Assembly (NCBI GenBank): GCA_965112155.1
Contig: OZ218098.1
From: Podarcis liolepis
Taxonomy: Eukaryota
DNA length: 64,000 bases
Reading direction: 5' to 3' (one strand)
Every line of letters starts with the position of its first letter. Within the stretch, counting starts at the first letter, position 1. A model generated the notes under the pieces. The model was not told where the DNA came from and did no database searches. It was given only the letters and a program-made list of their open reading frames with translations. The position numbers were made by a program, and so were the translations under genes. This document shows, piece after piece, positions 52,619 to 64,000 of this stretch.

Positions 52619-53249
52619 AGGTGCCACTATGGTTTGGCTACCCTCTCCACAGATAAATTACAGACACCATCCAGTAGCCAAACCATAGTGGCACCTCCGG
52701 ATGCTGCACCCCCCTGCAATCCCTACACAGATCTGGCTGGCACAGGGCACAAAACCACAGCTCGCCCCTATACACGAAGCCAAGCCAGAGCACAACTAAG
52801 TGCAGTACAGCCATCTTCTCAGAAAAACTCTTCACAAGCTCAAGAGGTCAAGACACGAAAGCTTTAGCAACTAATCCACACTTAATGACCCACCTAAGTG
52901 GTACTCAGAATATCACTCAAGAAATCACTCAAGATATCCCTCAAGTAATTAAGGAACAAAAGAAGAAAAAGCACACTAACCTGGGAACTTCCTCTCTGCC
53001 CAGAACGTTGGAGGCTATACACCACACCCCCTCAACAGTATTTATAGGAACTCAAACACTGAGATCCTGCTCTGTTCCAGTAACAAGAAGCCGAAAGCAC
53101 CAGCCTGAAGATGACGAGTGAGACCTCGTCGAAACGTCGCCTAGACACCCCAACTCTTACACGGGAAGACACCCGAAGACACCAAAACCTGCATTCCTGT
53201 ACCCGTGAAAATCTACGAAAGCAAATATATATATATATATATATATATA
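52619..53249 (+). mobile_element. Penelope-like retroelement remnant (pLTR region) with 5' inversion and (TA)n end
   Basis: CTGAAGATG...GAAACGTCG motif typical of vertebrate Penelope pLTRs; 3' cccgtgaaaatctacga end; 23-bp 5' inverted duplication; locally CpG-retaining. Confidence 0.7.
53100..53145 (+). ncRNA. Minimal hammerhead ribozyme-like motif (Penelope-associated)
   Basis: CUGAAGA (53105-53111), U, stem II GACGAG/CUCGUC with 6-nt loop, GAAAC, GUC; palindromic ACGU in place of stem III. Confidence 0.6.
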
Positions 53250-55423
53250 TGCTATTGGACTACAACTCCCATCATCCTGACCACTAGTCTTGTAACTAGG
53301 AATGATGGGAGTTGTAGTCCAACAACATATGGGGACCCGTGGCTTAAACTGTTAATGTGGCCTGACCATATGCACAGAAATCTGTAGCTCTCATTGCCAT
53401 GTGGTCCAGGAACTGCAGCTTCTCCGTGTCCACAACCATTGGGCTGGATTTTTATTTGCTGCCCCTCACATGTAGGACAGTAGCCAAATCAGTTGCGTTT
53501 GGATTACAGGAGGGATATGAGCTATGAGCTTGGCAGGGAAGCCAGATATCCCTGAACCCCAGAGGTCAGTCATTCCACTGGCTTAGGCACGTCATCGAAA
53601 CTGCTCAAGGCTGAATCCCACTTACCATCTGCTGAGCTCCCTGTGTCATGAGAAGAAGGAGGAGGTTGTGTGGGAATGATGATGAGGCACTGCTGCTCCT
53701 ACTGCCATCTCCTCCCTTCCCACTCTCAGCCTTTAGCAGCTAAGACAGTTTAGATCCTCCTCTGCTGTGCCAGGTGATTAGCTCTGGCCTGTAGCCTAGA
53801 GAAACCTTTATTTAAAGGTCTTAGTAATATAGTCAAGCAGGAATGCATATGTATGCATATCCACCTCTAAAGGTTATGTGGTTGTATAAGACTTGGTGAT
53901 GTCACTCGTGTATTGTCAGCACATCAGAATGTTTTTTAAATTTATTTTTTATTGTCTGGGCATCAGAACCCTAATCCCAGTCGCTCTGGCCGGTAAAGCA
54001 GTCTTCTTAGCCTGTCACCAGCTTAACACTTATCTGGATGGGGATAAGTAGCTGATGCACCAAACCTTTCTTAGCCATATTCCTGCTGCCTTAAAGCACA
54101 AGGCCTACTGAGTTTCAGCTCAGACCAGCCTACCTCTTTGAAGTATATGGCACAAATCCAAGTGCAGTAAGCACCAAGTGTACATATATCAAAGGAATTT
54201 GGGGTTTTTTTGGGGGGGGGGAGGATCAAGGGTAAATGGGCTGAGAGAGAGCCAATTAATAGCAAAGGAATAAATGCAGAATGCCATCTTTGCCCACCAT
54301 AGCTGCAAAGTATACATCGTTACAACCACCCTGAAAATAAGCCCATAAAAGTTACCAGTCTGCAAAGGGTGGTCTGTTTACTTGCTAGTGAAGGTTGGCA
54401 GATGAAGGACAATGAGCTTGGTCCCTTCTCCAGCAACCTGCTGCATTTGTATGCTGCTCACAAAGATGCGGGGGGGGGGTTGCTTCTATCCCCATGCAGC
54501 AGCCCACTTGATTTCTCTCCTGGCATCAGAGAAGGGATGGGGTACCCCTTCTCCACCAGCCCAAACCTTTGCCTGCTTGCACTTACTTGTTGCCTATGCC
54601 TACCACACAACAGCTCAAATGCAAGGCTGAGTCTGAGTTCTAAAGCAAAACACCAGGCTTTTCACATTAAATCAGTTTTGTGAGTCTGAGAAAAATAATA
54701 AGACTGAATGAATATCAGACTCATAATTGTTTTTGGATTCTAATGAAACTTTAATATAATGTGCTTGAAGGTGTGTGTGTGTAAAAGAGAGGGGGTTTTT
54801 TTGGGGGGGGGTTATCCCCAAGGCTATCCTTGGGTATAGATAGCCTTTGTGTGTCATTGTGTGATAGTGCAATCCTATGCATGTTTACTCAGAAGTAAGT
54901 CCCACTACATCTAATGGAACTTACTCCCTAGTAAGTGTGTTTAAGATTGCAGTCTGATTCATTAAAGATCTGGTACATGAAATGCTAGTGGCTTGAGGCT
55001 AATGCCAATTCTAGGAGTGGCACTGTAAAGATGATGTAGGAAGGGAATAAAAATAAGGTTTTTTATGTAGTCTGGCCAGCTGGAAATAACAGGGCTCCTG
55101 CACCTTATGTGGAAAAGGGAATTTCAGCAGGTGTTGCTTGTCATGCAATGTACACTTGATAGCATATTTTCTTCTGTGTGGCTGTTAAAGCTGCAGTAGC
55201 CCTGTGCCCTTTTCCATCTGGCAGTTCTAGTTTTGTGTTTCTTTCTTGTACATTTAAAGCATATCCAACACATATTTAAAGGGCATGATTTCCCTCCAAA
55301 GAATCCTGGGAACTGTAGTTTGTAAAGGATGCTGGGAATTGTAACTTTGTGAGGGAAACTACAGCTCCCTGTTTCTTTGGGGGGTGCCATGCGATTTAAA
55401 TGTCAGTTGGATATGCTCTAAAT

Positions 55424-55620
55424 TAGAGCTTTCCGAAGTGTGTGTCATGACACGTTAGTGTGTTGGCTGCAGTGGTGGTGCGAATGCTTCCCGCACTCAT
55501 CCCAGGACAGGCAAGGGGTTAGTTTAACCTCTGGTTTGCTAGTAAAACTGAATTACTGTGTCGTGAAATGATGCATGTCTAAAAAGTGTGTCACCAACAT
55601 GAAATGCTTGGAAAGCTCTG
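55424..55620. mobile_element. hAT MITE nested in an older palindromic repeat (about 55249-55645)
   Basis: TIRs TAGAGCTTTCC/GGAAAGCTCTG; TSD ctctaaat/ctctaagt. Confidence 0.75.
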
Positions 55621-56599
55621 CTCTAAGTGGATGGTGTGGATCTGCCTAAAGTTGTGCAATTCTGCAACACTTCTGAAAAATGATGTGGAAGGTACTTGGG
55701 TCACAGGTTCTGATACTAGGGTTTTATACGAAAAATGTAAAAGTAATACTGTAGATATATATTGTGTGTGTGTGCATGTTACATGGTTTTAGCTGATCTA
55801 TGAGGCTCTGTAATGAAAAGCCAAATTACTTTTAAGTAGGGTTTAGACATAAATGCAATAATAAATCAAGTTCAAAATTGGAGCTGAGAAGAGTGCCCTA
55901 GATGTCACAACACTGAATATATTCATTAATGACTAGATAAAATAAATAAAGATACTTTGCAGCTAAACTTTCAGGTGATACAACAGGAACAGCTGTAAAT
56001 GAGGTGAAGAATTAGTTTTTAATCAAAAGTAATTAATGGATTAATGCATGAATAATTTTGAGCATTGTAATGACCATGATAACAATTTTACAAAGCCAAA
56101 AATAAGGCACTGTGCATTGGTAAGAAAAACACTAAAATGAGAATGCTAGATAGCTTGATCCTATCTACCTTGGCTCAACAAAATCATTTTACCCACAGGC
56201 CATATTATTTTCTTCTGCAGCTGAGTTCATTTTGAAAACAAGCTGCAAGTGAGTCAAATTAAGTGCATCAGATTTAGGCTAATGAAATTAGTTTCCTGAC
56301 GAGTACAAGCTGTGGGATTGCCTTCCTTGGAAGTTGTTTCTTAAATGACGGGCCCCTTCAGGCATAAGCATTCATCATTATTTATGCTCGTGATCCTCGG
56401 TGGTGATTATACACAATCATGCTTTCATAACAATTTGTGCCTGCAAAATGTTTTGGGCATCATGTAGTTTCCTGCTAAAATCCTGTAACTTTTCATGCCC
56501 CAAAGTGTGCCACAAATGATGCCTCCTGTCACTATTTTGTGGGTGGGACACAAGTGTAGGCTTGAACTTTAGATTTGCTGGTCCATTGAAGGGCTCCAT

Positions 56600-56741
56600 C
56601 ATGGGCTTAGCCAGGATTTATTTTAGGGGGACAGGCATTATGTTGGTGGGGGGCAGAACAGAGTTATCTGCCATGCAATTGGTCAGTTAAGTATTTTTAT
56701 TTATTTACTTGATTTAAGGGGGCAGCTGCCACCCACCCATG
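56600..56741. mobile_element. hAT-like MITE
   Basis: CATGGG...CCCATG ends; perfect 8-bp TSD GGCTCCAT. Confidence 0.75.
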
Positions 56742-57361
56742 GGCTCCATTGCCCTAGTGGAACAAATCCATTTAAAAAAAGAATTAGACTTTTTGCAGTT
56801 TGGAAGGTGACATGGAAATGCACTGAAAAGAGGGTAATGGCTACCAAGAAGGGGTAAAAAAACTCTACAAGCAAATCAGGATAAATGCTAAATAAACAGG
56901 TTGTCTGGAGGAGCCCACAGTATGTGAAATGGCTTCCTCAACACGTAGGAGGTCTGATCTATACATACAGCAGAATATGGTAGTAAAGACCTGTTGTGAT
57001 ATGATGTAAACAAAGCCGGGCCTAAGATTAGGCAAACTAAGGTGAACAGCTGGGGCTGGGCAGGGGGCAACAATGGCAGCTCCCTGGCTGTTCCTCTCAG
57101 GTCTCCCATCTATTTCCCTTTGTTGGATGACAGATGCTTCAGTACTACCCCTCCTGTCCTCTCTAAACTGGCTTAGGTACAGCAGAGGACCTCATCCCTA
57201 GTTGTTGAAGTAAGATTCTGCTGCCAGGCTTGCATGCTTCCGTGTGGGCAGCAGGCACCATTTTGCCTTTCACTGACCCTGAAATGAAAATATATTAGGT
57301 TGCATTTGAATCCTGCCCCATATACAAATAAACTCCCATCTGTAGAATGTAACTAGTAGGC

Positions 57362-58328
57362 CCGATCAATTCATCTGTCTCCTGAGAAATCTCTATGTGG
57401 GACAAGAAGCTACAGTTAGAACTGGATATGGAACAAGTGATTGGTTCAAAATTGGGAAAGGAGTACGACAAGGCTATATATTGTCTCCCTGCTTATTTAA
57501 CTTATATGCAGAATTCATCATGCAAAAGGCTGGGCTGGATGAATCCCTAGCCGAAATTAAGATTGCTGGAAGAAATATCAACAACCTCAGGATATGCAGA
57601 TGACACAACCTTGATGGCAGAAAGTGAGGAGGAATTAAAGAACCTTTTAATGAGGGTGAAAGATGAGAGTGCAAAATATGGTCTGAAGCTCCATCACCTC
57701 CTGGCAAATAGAAGGGGAAGAAATGGAGGCAGTGAGAGATTTTACTTTCTTGGGCTCCATGATCACTGCAGATGGTGACAGCAGTCACGAAATTAAAAGA
57801 CGCCTGCTCCTTGGGAGAAAGGCGATGGCAAACCTAGACAACATCTTAAAAAGCAGAGACATCACCTTGCCAACAAAGGTCCATATAGTAAAAGCCATGG
57901 TTTTCCCAGTAGTGATGTATGGAAGTGAGAGCTGGACCATAAAGAAGGCTGATCGCCGAAGAATGGATGCTTTTGAATTATGGTGCTGGAGGAGACTCTT
58001 GAGAGTCCCATGGACTGCAAGAATATCAAACCTCTCCATTCTTAAGGAAATCAGCCCTGAGTGCTCACTGGAAGGATAGATCCTGAAGCTGAGGCTCCAA
58101 TACTTTGGCCACCTCATGAGAAGAGAAGACTCCCTGGAAAAGACCCTGATGTTGGGAAAGATGGAGGGCACAAGGAGAAGGGGACGACAGAGGATGAGAT
58201 GGTTGGACAGTGTTCTCGAAGCCACAAACATGAGTTTGACCAAACTGCGGGAGGCAGTGGAAGACAGGAGTGCCTGGCGTGCTCTGGTCCATGGGGTCAC
58301 AAAGAGTTGGACACGACTAAACAACAAC
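57362..58328 (+). mobile_element. RTE-BovB LINE, 5'-truncated, disrupted RT
   Basis: GVRQGYILSPCLFNLY, YADD, FTFLGS, EIKRRLLLGRKAM and AFELWCWRRLL motifs; (CAA)n tail; candidate TSD AGTAGGC (57355-57361, 58329-58335). Confidence 0.95.
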
Positions 58329-58869
58329 AGTAGGCTGCAACCCCTGTAACTAGCACAAAACTACTCCAGTAGTTTTCTGCTTGCATGGGGCCTGATTTTG
58401 TGTGCTATGCTGTGCTATTTTGCACCTTCAAAAATGGATAATGTGGAAAAAATGAAAAACACAAAACTTGAAACTGTTAAATTTATTTTAAATTGCAGTA
58501 ATAATACAACAACGTTTCATCATTTTTTCTCAAATACCAGAAGAAAATGTTTTGGCACACAAATCATTTTGAACAATCTTGTGAAGAGCGAAGTTAAATT
58601 TTAAGTCTCTTAAAAGTTTCAGTCTCAGGCACATCAAAATCTCACTCCTTTGCCAATTTTGCCACCAAATCCTTCAGGTCAAGTGATGCTTGGGCATGCT
58701 CAGTTGATATGGTTGCCAAGCCAACAGGTCTCTTTTCCAAACACTGTTGAGCGTGTGCAATTTTTGTAAGTTTGAGCTCTGAGAAATGGCGTTCAAAGTA
58801 CAAAATAAAAGCAAAATATTGTTAGAAATTCCCAAGGTATAACAAAAAGTAAACTACATAAAATTGCAC

Positions 58870-59739
58870 CCCTCCGAGGTCTGGGAGCCCCGCGAGGCCT
58901 CCACCTCTAGCAGCATGAGAACGGGTTGCACTCCAGTTCCCTCCCTGCAGCATCATCACAAGCAGCAGCAGCAGCGGAAGTTTGCCTGGCTCACGCGGGA
59001 CAGCTGGGCCCGCGGACCCCCCGCCCGCTCTCGCCGCACCTTCTTTCAATCAACGGTCCAGAAAACCTAAGGCGGGCTTTGACGAGCGCGCATCTTCGGG
59101 CGGGCATTGGCTGGGGGTGCGGCCGGCCCAGTGACGTCGAGCGGAGGGGGCGGGGATTGCGCGGGGGTGACACGTCGGACGGCGCCGGCGGCGGATCTCC
59201 TGCGAGACAACCCAGGAGCGGCGCCTCCCCTGCCCACCGCCCCTCGCGCCTTCCGCCCTTCTGCTGCCTCGCGGGTCGGGATGGGGCGGCTCTAGACCAA
59301 TAAGGCTCCGAATCCCGCAAGTGTTCCAGAATTGGGCCGGCCCGCCCCGCCCCCCTCCGTTGCTTGGCAGCGGCGGCCCCTCCCCCTTCCCAGGACCCGA
59401 AGCCGGGACCCGGTTCGCTGCCCCCCTTTGCTCCGGCGCCTCGTCGGAGCGGCCCTTCCTGGCAGGAGCCACCGACCCCCATGACCCCTGGGCCTGCCGG
59501 AGAGGCCCCCTGGTGACCTTCGTGGGCAAGAGCCCCCGGGCTCCTTGGCCTCAGGACTCCCCACAGCTTCCCCCCTTCCCCTCAGGAGGTTTAAAGGCAC
59601 GCCCTTGAGCCCCTTCCCCTGTTTGGCCACCGAGGCGCCCCTTCCGGTGTCCCCTTCAACTCGAGACAGCCCCCCCCCCCTTGCCACGCTGCCCTGCTTG
59701 TGCCCAGGTGCCCCAGCCTCTTCCCAGCACACTGGCGCC
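58870..59739. promoter_or_regulatory. CpG-island promoter and 5' UTR of CHPF (possibly bidirectional)
   Basis: CpG-rich. CCAAT boxes in both orientations (ATTGG 59106-59110, CCAAT 59297-59301), CRE-like TGACGTCG at 59132-59139, several GGGCGG boxes. Confidence 0.75.
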
Positions 59740-60044
59740 ATGCGCTTCTCCCTGGTGCTGTCCCTCCTGCGCCCTGTGGGGCCTGTGGTGGTCGGGGTGT
59801 CCCTGGGCTTCACCCTCAGCCTGCTCAGCGTCACCTGGGTGGAGGAGCCCTGCGGCCCCAGCCAGGGCAGCCTGCGAGATGGGGGCATGGAGCAGCAGCA
59901 GCACCAAGGCGGGCAGGGCAACGCCGCCCGCAAGCCCAACTCCGTCCCTGCGGGGATGGGCACGGAGCCTGAGCAGAGCTGGGAGCCCCGCGTCCTGCCC
60001 TACAAGCCTCCCAACCCGGGCAAGGCTGCCAAGAAAACTATCAG
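59740..60044 (+). CDS. CHPF: Chondroitin polymerizing factor, coding exon 1 (remaining exons downstream of the window)
   Basis: gccATG start. MRFSLVLSLLRPVGPVVVGVSLGFTLSLLSVTWVEEPCGP...WEPRVLPY...AAKKTIR matches the recalled CHPF type II membrane N-terminus. Donor AG|gtatgg. Confidence 0.93.
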
Positions 60045-61194
60045 GTATGGGGGGGGGGAGGAAATGGGGTGGCTTGGGAGAGCAAAGGGTGTGTATTGAA
60101 AAGGGAACAGGAAAATGGGCTTTGGCCCAAATGTAATCTCAAGGTAATCTGGCCACTGTTTGGGTTCCCGTGGAATTTAGAGGCTCACAGGTAGGTGTAA
60201 TTTGCGGCCTCTTTGTTATACTGCGGTGGTCTTGTGATGGGAATATGCCACATTATGTGACCTATTAGTGGTTCCATGATGTAGCTGCTGGCCTGTGGAC
60301 ATAAATACTTGTATGTAAGCAATCTTTTCATAATGCTGAATGAAACCAGTATAACATTCGATCAATATAGTGTTCACTCTCATAGCAGCCCTATGGAGGT
60401 AGGTGACAGGGACTTGTGACTGGCCCGAGGCCACACAGTTAAACCCTGATATAGGTGGGACTTTAATCCATGCCTCCCACGTGCAACACCTAACTGCCTA
60501 TTCAGATGTGGTAAGCACATCCATAGTTGGCCTATGTTCAGAACAAACGTGCAGATTCATGGCCTGTTTCCTGTGGTGGTTCCAGTCAGAGGTTGGTTAA
60601 GGGTCTTCAGGGCTCTGTGGGCTGGGGGAGAGCTTTGTTGTTGGCATCCACCTATCTCAAGTGACATAGAGGTGTGCCTCCACGGGTGAAGTCGAACCAC
60701 TGTGTTGGCATCACTGAAGTGACCTCCCAGGGGCACAAGGCTGGGCAGTATGTATGGGAGGTCCTGGGCTGCCCAGACAAGAAGACCCCCCTCTCGGCCT
60801 CACTGATGTGGTCCAAAGGAAGCAGAGCAATATGTTTGACACCAGCTTGGCTGCAGGAGTTGCTGGAAGGAGGCATACAAGATGCCAAGCAACCTAAGGG
60901 TTTACTCCTTTGCCTTTTCTTCTCCTGAAGATATTCTGCAAGGCTTAAAACTTGCTTTTTGAGAAAACTCGGCCTTGGATGAAAAAGCTATGGAGGGCCA
61001 TGGTACAACAGAGCCAATCCCTGATTGTGGGCATGGAGTGCTATGGTTCTCTGAGCCCCCTTCTTTCTGCCTCCTGCATTCAGACTGCTGCCCTCCTTTT
61101 TATGACATCCCACAGGAAAGCTTGGGGCTGTGTTCTTCCTATTCAGGAAGTCTTTCAGTACAAATAGTTTCCTTTGAAAGGAAATGGGCTTGAG

Positions 61195-61333
61195 CAGTGC
61201 TTTTCTCAGGGGGTATGCAAGGGTACACAGTAACTGTACCTCTTTTTGTTGTTGTTAAAAAGTGTGGCACTTACTGTAACAACTTTATGGTGTGTACCAG
61301 CACCTACTGTATTTTTCTAGAAAAAAAGCACTG
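61195..61333. mobile_element. hAT-like MITE
   Basis: TIRs CAGTGCTTTTT/AAAAAGCACTG; perfect TSD GGCTTGAG. Confidence 0.85.
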
Positions 61334-61723
61334 GGCTTGAGTAAAGAAAAGCAATGATGGGCTATTGCTGTTCCAGAGGTAGCTGAATGAGGGCTTAATC
61401 AAACAACAGTGTATATCTTGGGCTTCTGCAGAACCTTTCAACACAGTTGTTTCTCCTCCCTTAATAAATGTAATAATATTTTTAATTCTTATAGCACTTT
61501 AGATGTTCAAAATATTTCATTTATTTTATCGGTCTGTAATCCTTACTATAACCTTTTAAGCTAAGTCAGTATTATTATCCGCCAGATTTAGCAGGCGGGC
61601 AGAGAATGAGATAAATGAAGTACCTAAGGCTACCTAGTGCAGGGGGTTTCACATATTCTACCCCAGGACCTACTTGCAGTGGCTGAAAATTGCTGAGGCC
61701 CACCAGTCAAAAAATAGTGGTGT

Positions 61724-61952
61724 ATTATTATTTTTATTACATTTATGTACCACCTTTTCCTCCAAGGAGCTCAATGTGGGGTGCATTATTATTTTCTTCC
61801 CCATTTTCCTCTCACAACAACTCTGTGAGGTAGGTTAGGCTGAGAGACAGTGATTGGCCCAATATCACACACTGAGCTTCATGGCTAAGTGGGGATTCGA
61901 ACTCTGGTCTCCTAGGTTCCAGACCAGGACCCTAACCATTACGCCACACTGG
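61724..61952 (-). mobile_element. tRNA-derived (MIR/CORE-like) squamate SINE
   Basis: Reverse copy of the 4705-4907 family (gtgaggtaggttaggctgagaga; ggattcgaac B box). Confidence 0.75.
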
Positions 61953-62570
61953 TTTTCCAAGTGTAGGGGCAGGGAGAGGCACAAAATGGTGGCAAATAGG
62001 CAGAATTTGGCATTAGTTGGCAATTACTGACATCATATCTAACTTATCTGTGGCCCTTGTGTGGGTTAATTAATAAAAGAACCATTTGGATGCCTGGATT
62101 CAAAACACGGGACATTGCACACACTCCATCGGAGGAGAACCTCCAGCAAAATTTAAAACAGTCATAGAGTTAAACTGCAGCATAGCATGGGAATATAGTT
62201 TGTTAGACCCCTTTTCATTTCCTGTTTAATCTGCTTACAGCACTTGCCCCCCTCTCTACCGCTCTGTCAATGAGCAAACCACACTTGTTTAACAGCTTTA
62301 TTAACAAAACCCAAATGTCAGATTCATGCATTATTCCATGCTGCAGCAAGGAGAACACAGGCAGAATGCTCATGGGTACAAAATACAGATAATTAGCTTC
62401 AAACACCCAGTCTTGGCAAGTTCAGACATGTCCTTCCTGGTCGATTACATGGGACAAAGATAGTGTGAGGAAAGGAAAGGAAAGAAGCTTCACTTCCTCA
62501 CCAAAGGTGAGGGGGTGTGACCTAACTGAATCTAGCAATAGAACTTTGGTCTTAACCCCTTCATGCATTA

Positions 62571-62732
62571 CCATATTTTTCTGTGTATAAGACTAGGTGT
62601 TTAAAAAAATAGGATTAAAATTGGGCCCCTTCTTACACACGGGCAGTGCTGAGGGGTGTGTTCTTAATTTGGCGTCCCCCAAAATAGGGAGCGTCTTATA
62701 CATGGGGTTGTCTTATACACGGAAAAATACGG
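62571..62732. mobile_element. Tc1/mariner-superfamily MITE
   Basis: TIRs CCATATTTTTCTGTGTATAAGAC / GTCTTATACACGGAAAAATACGG; TA TSD. Confidence 0.85.
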
Positions 62733-63831
62733 TAATTAGCCCTATGTTTTCTTGTTTTGTTTGACTGCAATTTCCCACGGCATGAATATTTTGGGGCAAC
62801 AAAATTATAGAAAGACTGTTCCTCTCTGCCTGCTTTTAGCAGTGCCTTGCAATTTGAAGATTTTCTTAAAAAACCTTTTTATACTTCTTTAGGTCTCACT
62901 TTTCTAGCACAGAAGTGCTTATTTCCTTTAAAAAAACTGACCTCCTTTCTTGCAGCAATGTCCATTATTTATGGACTGCACAGTGCTCCATCTAGGAATA
63001 TCCCACAAAGGCAAAAAATGGTTTTGACTGTTTGTTTTACATAGGTTTCTACCCTGTCTCCTTTATTATTATTATTTTGCAGCCCAAATAAGCTGAGAGC
63101 ATGGTGGAGTCTTCCAAGAGCTCTACTGTATGCTCAGATCCTGATTTACCATGCCCACAAAAACTTAATTTGCAGTTGTGCAGAAAAGGTGGTTTTGCTT
63201 TTGTTTTCTCCATAGTCTATGGCTTTTTGAGTGGGTGATTCTTCCAGACTTTGAAAACAAGTAATTTCCAGGAAAGGGCTGGCTGCTTTGCTTCAGAAAA
63301 GTCCTGTGGCTCCCTTTGTCCATGCATGTGAATAGTCAACACATATTGATAGGTCAGCATGCATTCAAATATTTCCTATAAGGGTCCTCATTGATGGTGG
63401 GGCACTTGGACATTTATAATGGTACAAATCTATTTAATCCAGAATGACAAAAATAGTGTGGATGGTATAAAAGCCCCAAAATGTAATCATGTCAGTTGAC
63501 CTTTAGGTATGTCCATAAATGATTTGCCATTGTTTGTCATGTTTGTTTGAGTCCTGCACACCATATAAGGTTTTCCTTCTCCCTGTGTGGAATGTTCCCT
63601 TAGTCCAAATTGCTGACCAGGGAAGTACCAGCTTTCTGTGTTTAACGGAGATGATATAGGATATCATTGCATAGCTTTGTACTATTGTGGATCCTTCTTT
63701 CCACTTTTCCAGTTTATTCCAAAATATGCAGCCAGCAGTGCTGGCAGCTAAAGTCTGGGCACACACCCCGGTTGCACTTTAATACTTAGCTAATTTTGTC
63801 CTTGTAACTTGCTGCTCACCAAGTGTTAGTA

Positions 63832-64000
63832 CAGTGGTGCCCCGCAAGACGAATGCCTCGCAATACGGAAAACTCGCTAGACGAAAGTTTTGGAGGTGCT
63901 TCGCAAAACGAATTTCCTATGGGCTTGCTTCGCAAGATGACAATGTCTTGCGAGTTCCTGCTGGTTTTTTCCCCTCCCCCCCTTTTTCTAAGCCGCTAAG
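63832..64000. mobile_element. Tigger-like MITE, cut by the window end
   Basis: TA-CAGTGGTGCCCCGCAAGACGAA left end with repeated cgcaagacgaa subterminal motifs. Confidence 0.6.

Noticed and set aside
57723-58349. RT-like ORFs as a functional gene
   Set aside because: Frameshifted, stop-containing pieces of a truncated BovB.
59545-59739. N-terminal extension of the CHPF ORF in the track
   Set aside because: It starts at a non-ATG codon; similarity to CHPF begins at the Kozak ATG at 59740.

Overview
This is vertebrate genomic DNA, almost certainly from a squamate. A Sauria SINE, a BovB LINE and other squamate-type repeats point that way, and a lacertid lizard is likely. It covers the conserved OBSL1–TMEM198–CHPF block. 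(1) The 3' part of OBSL1 (+ strand) has 19 coding exons in the window, encoding 16 I-set Ig domains (about 1450 aa). It ends in an 8-nt coding mini-exon at 36561-36568, with an ATTAAA poly(A) signal at 36760. (2) The complete TMEM198 CDS (- strand, 4 coding exons, 358 aa) is tail-to-tail with OBSL1, and its non-coding first exon probably lies in a CpG island near 51 kb. (3) The first coding exon of CHPF (+ strand, 59740-60044) lies in a second CpG island. Introns and intergenic DNA hold many transposons: hAT and Tc1/mariner MITEs with readable TIRs and TSDs, tRNA-derived SINEs, and CR1, L2, L1 and BovB fragments. There is also a Penelope-like remnant carrying a minimal hammerhead-ribozyme motif and a 23-bp 5' inverted repeat. 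The most notable points are about five apparent extra OBSL1 Ig modules relative to the human protein (from recollection), the hammerhead motif, and the separation of the TMEM198 and CHPF promoters. I found no convincing wholly new biological system. Most ORFs in the supplied track are spurious.
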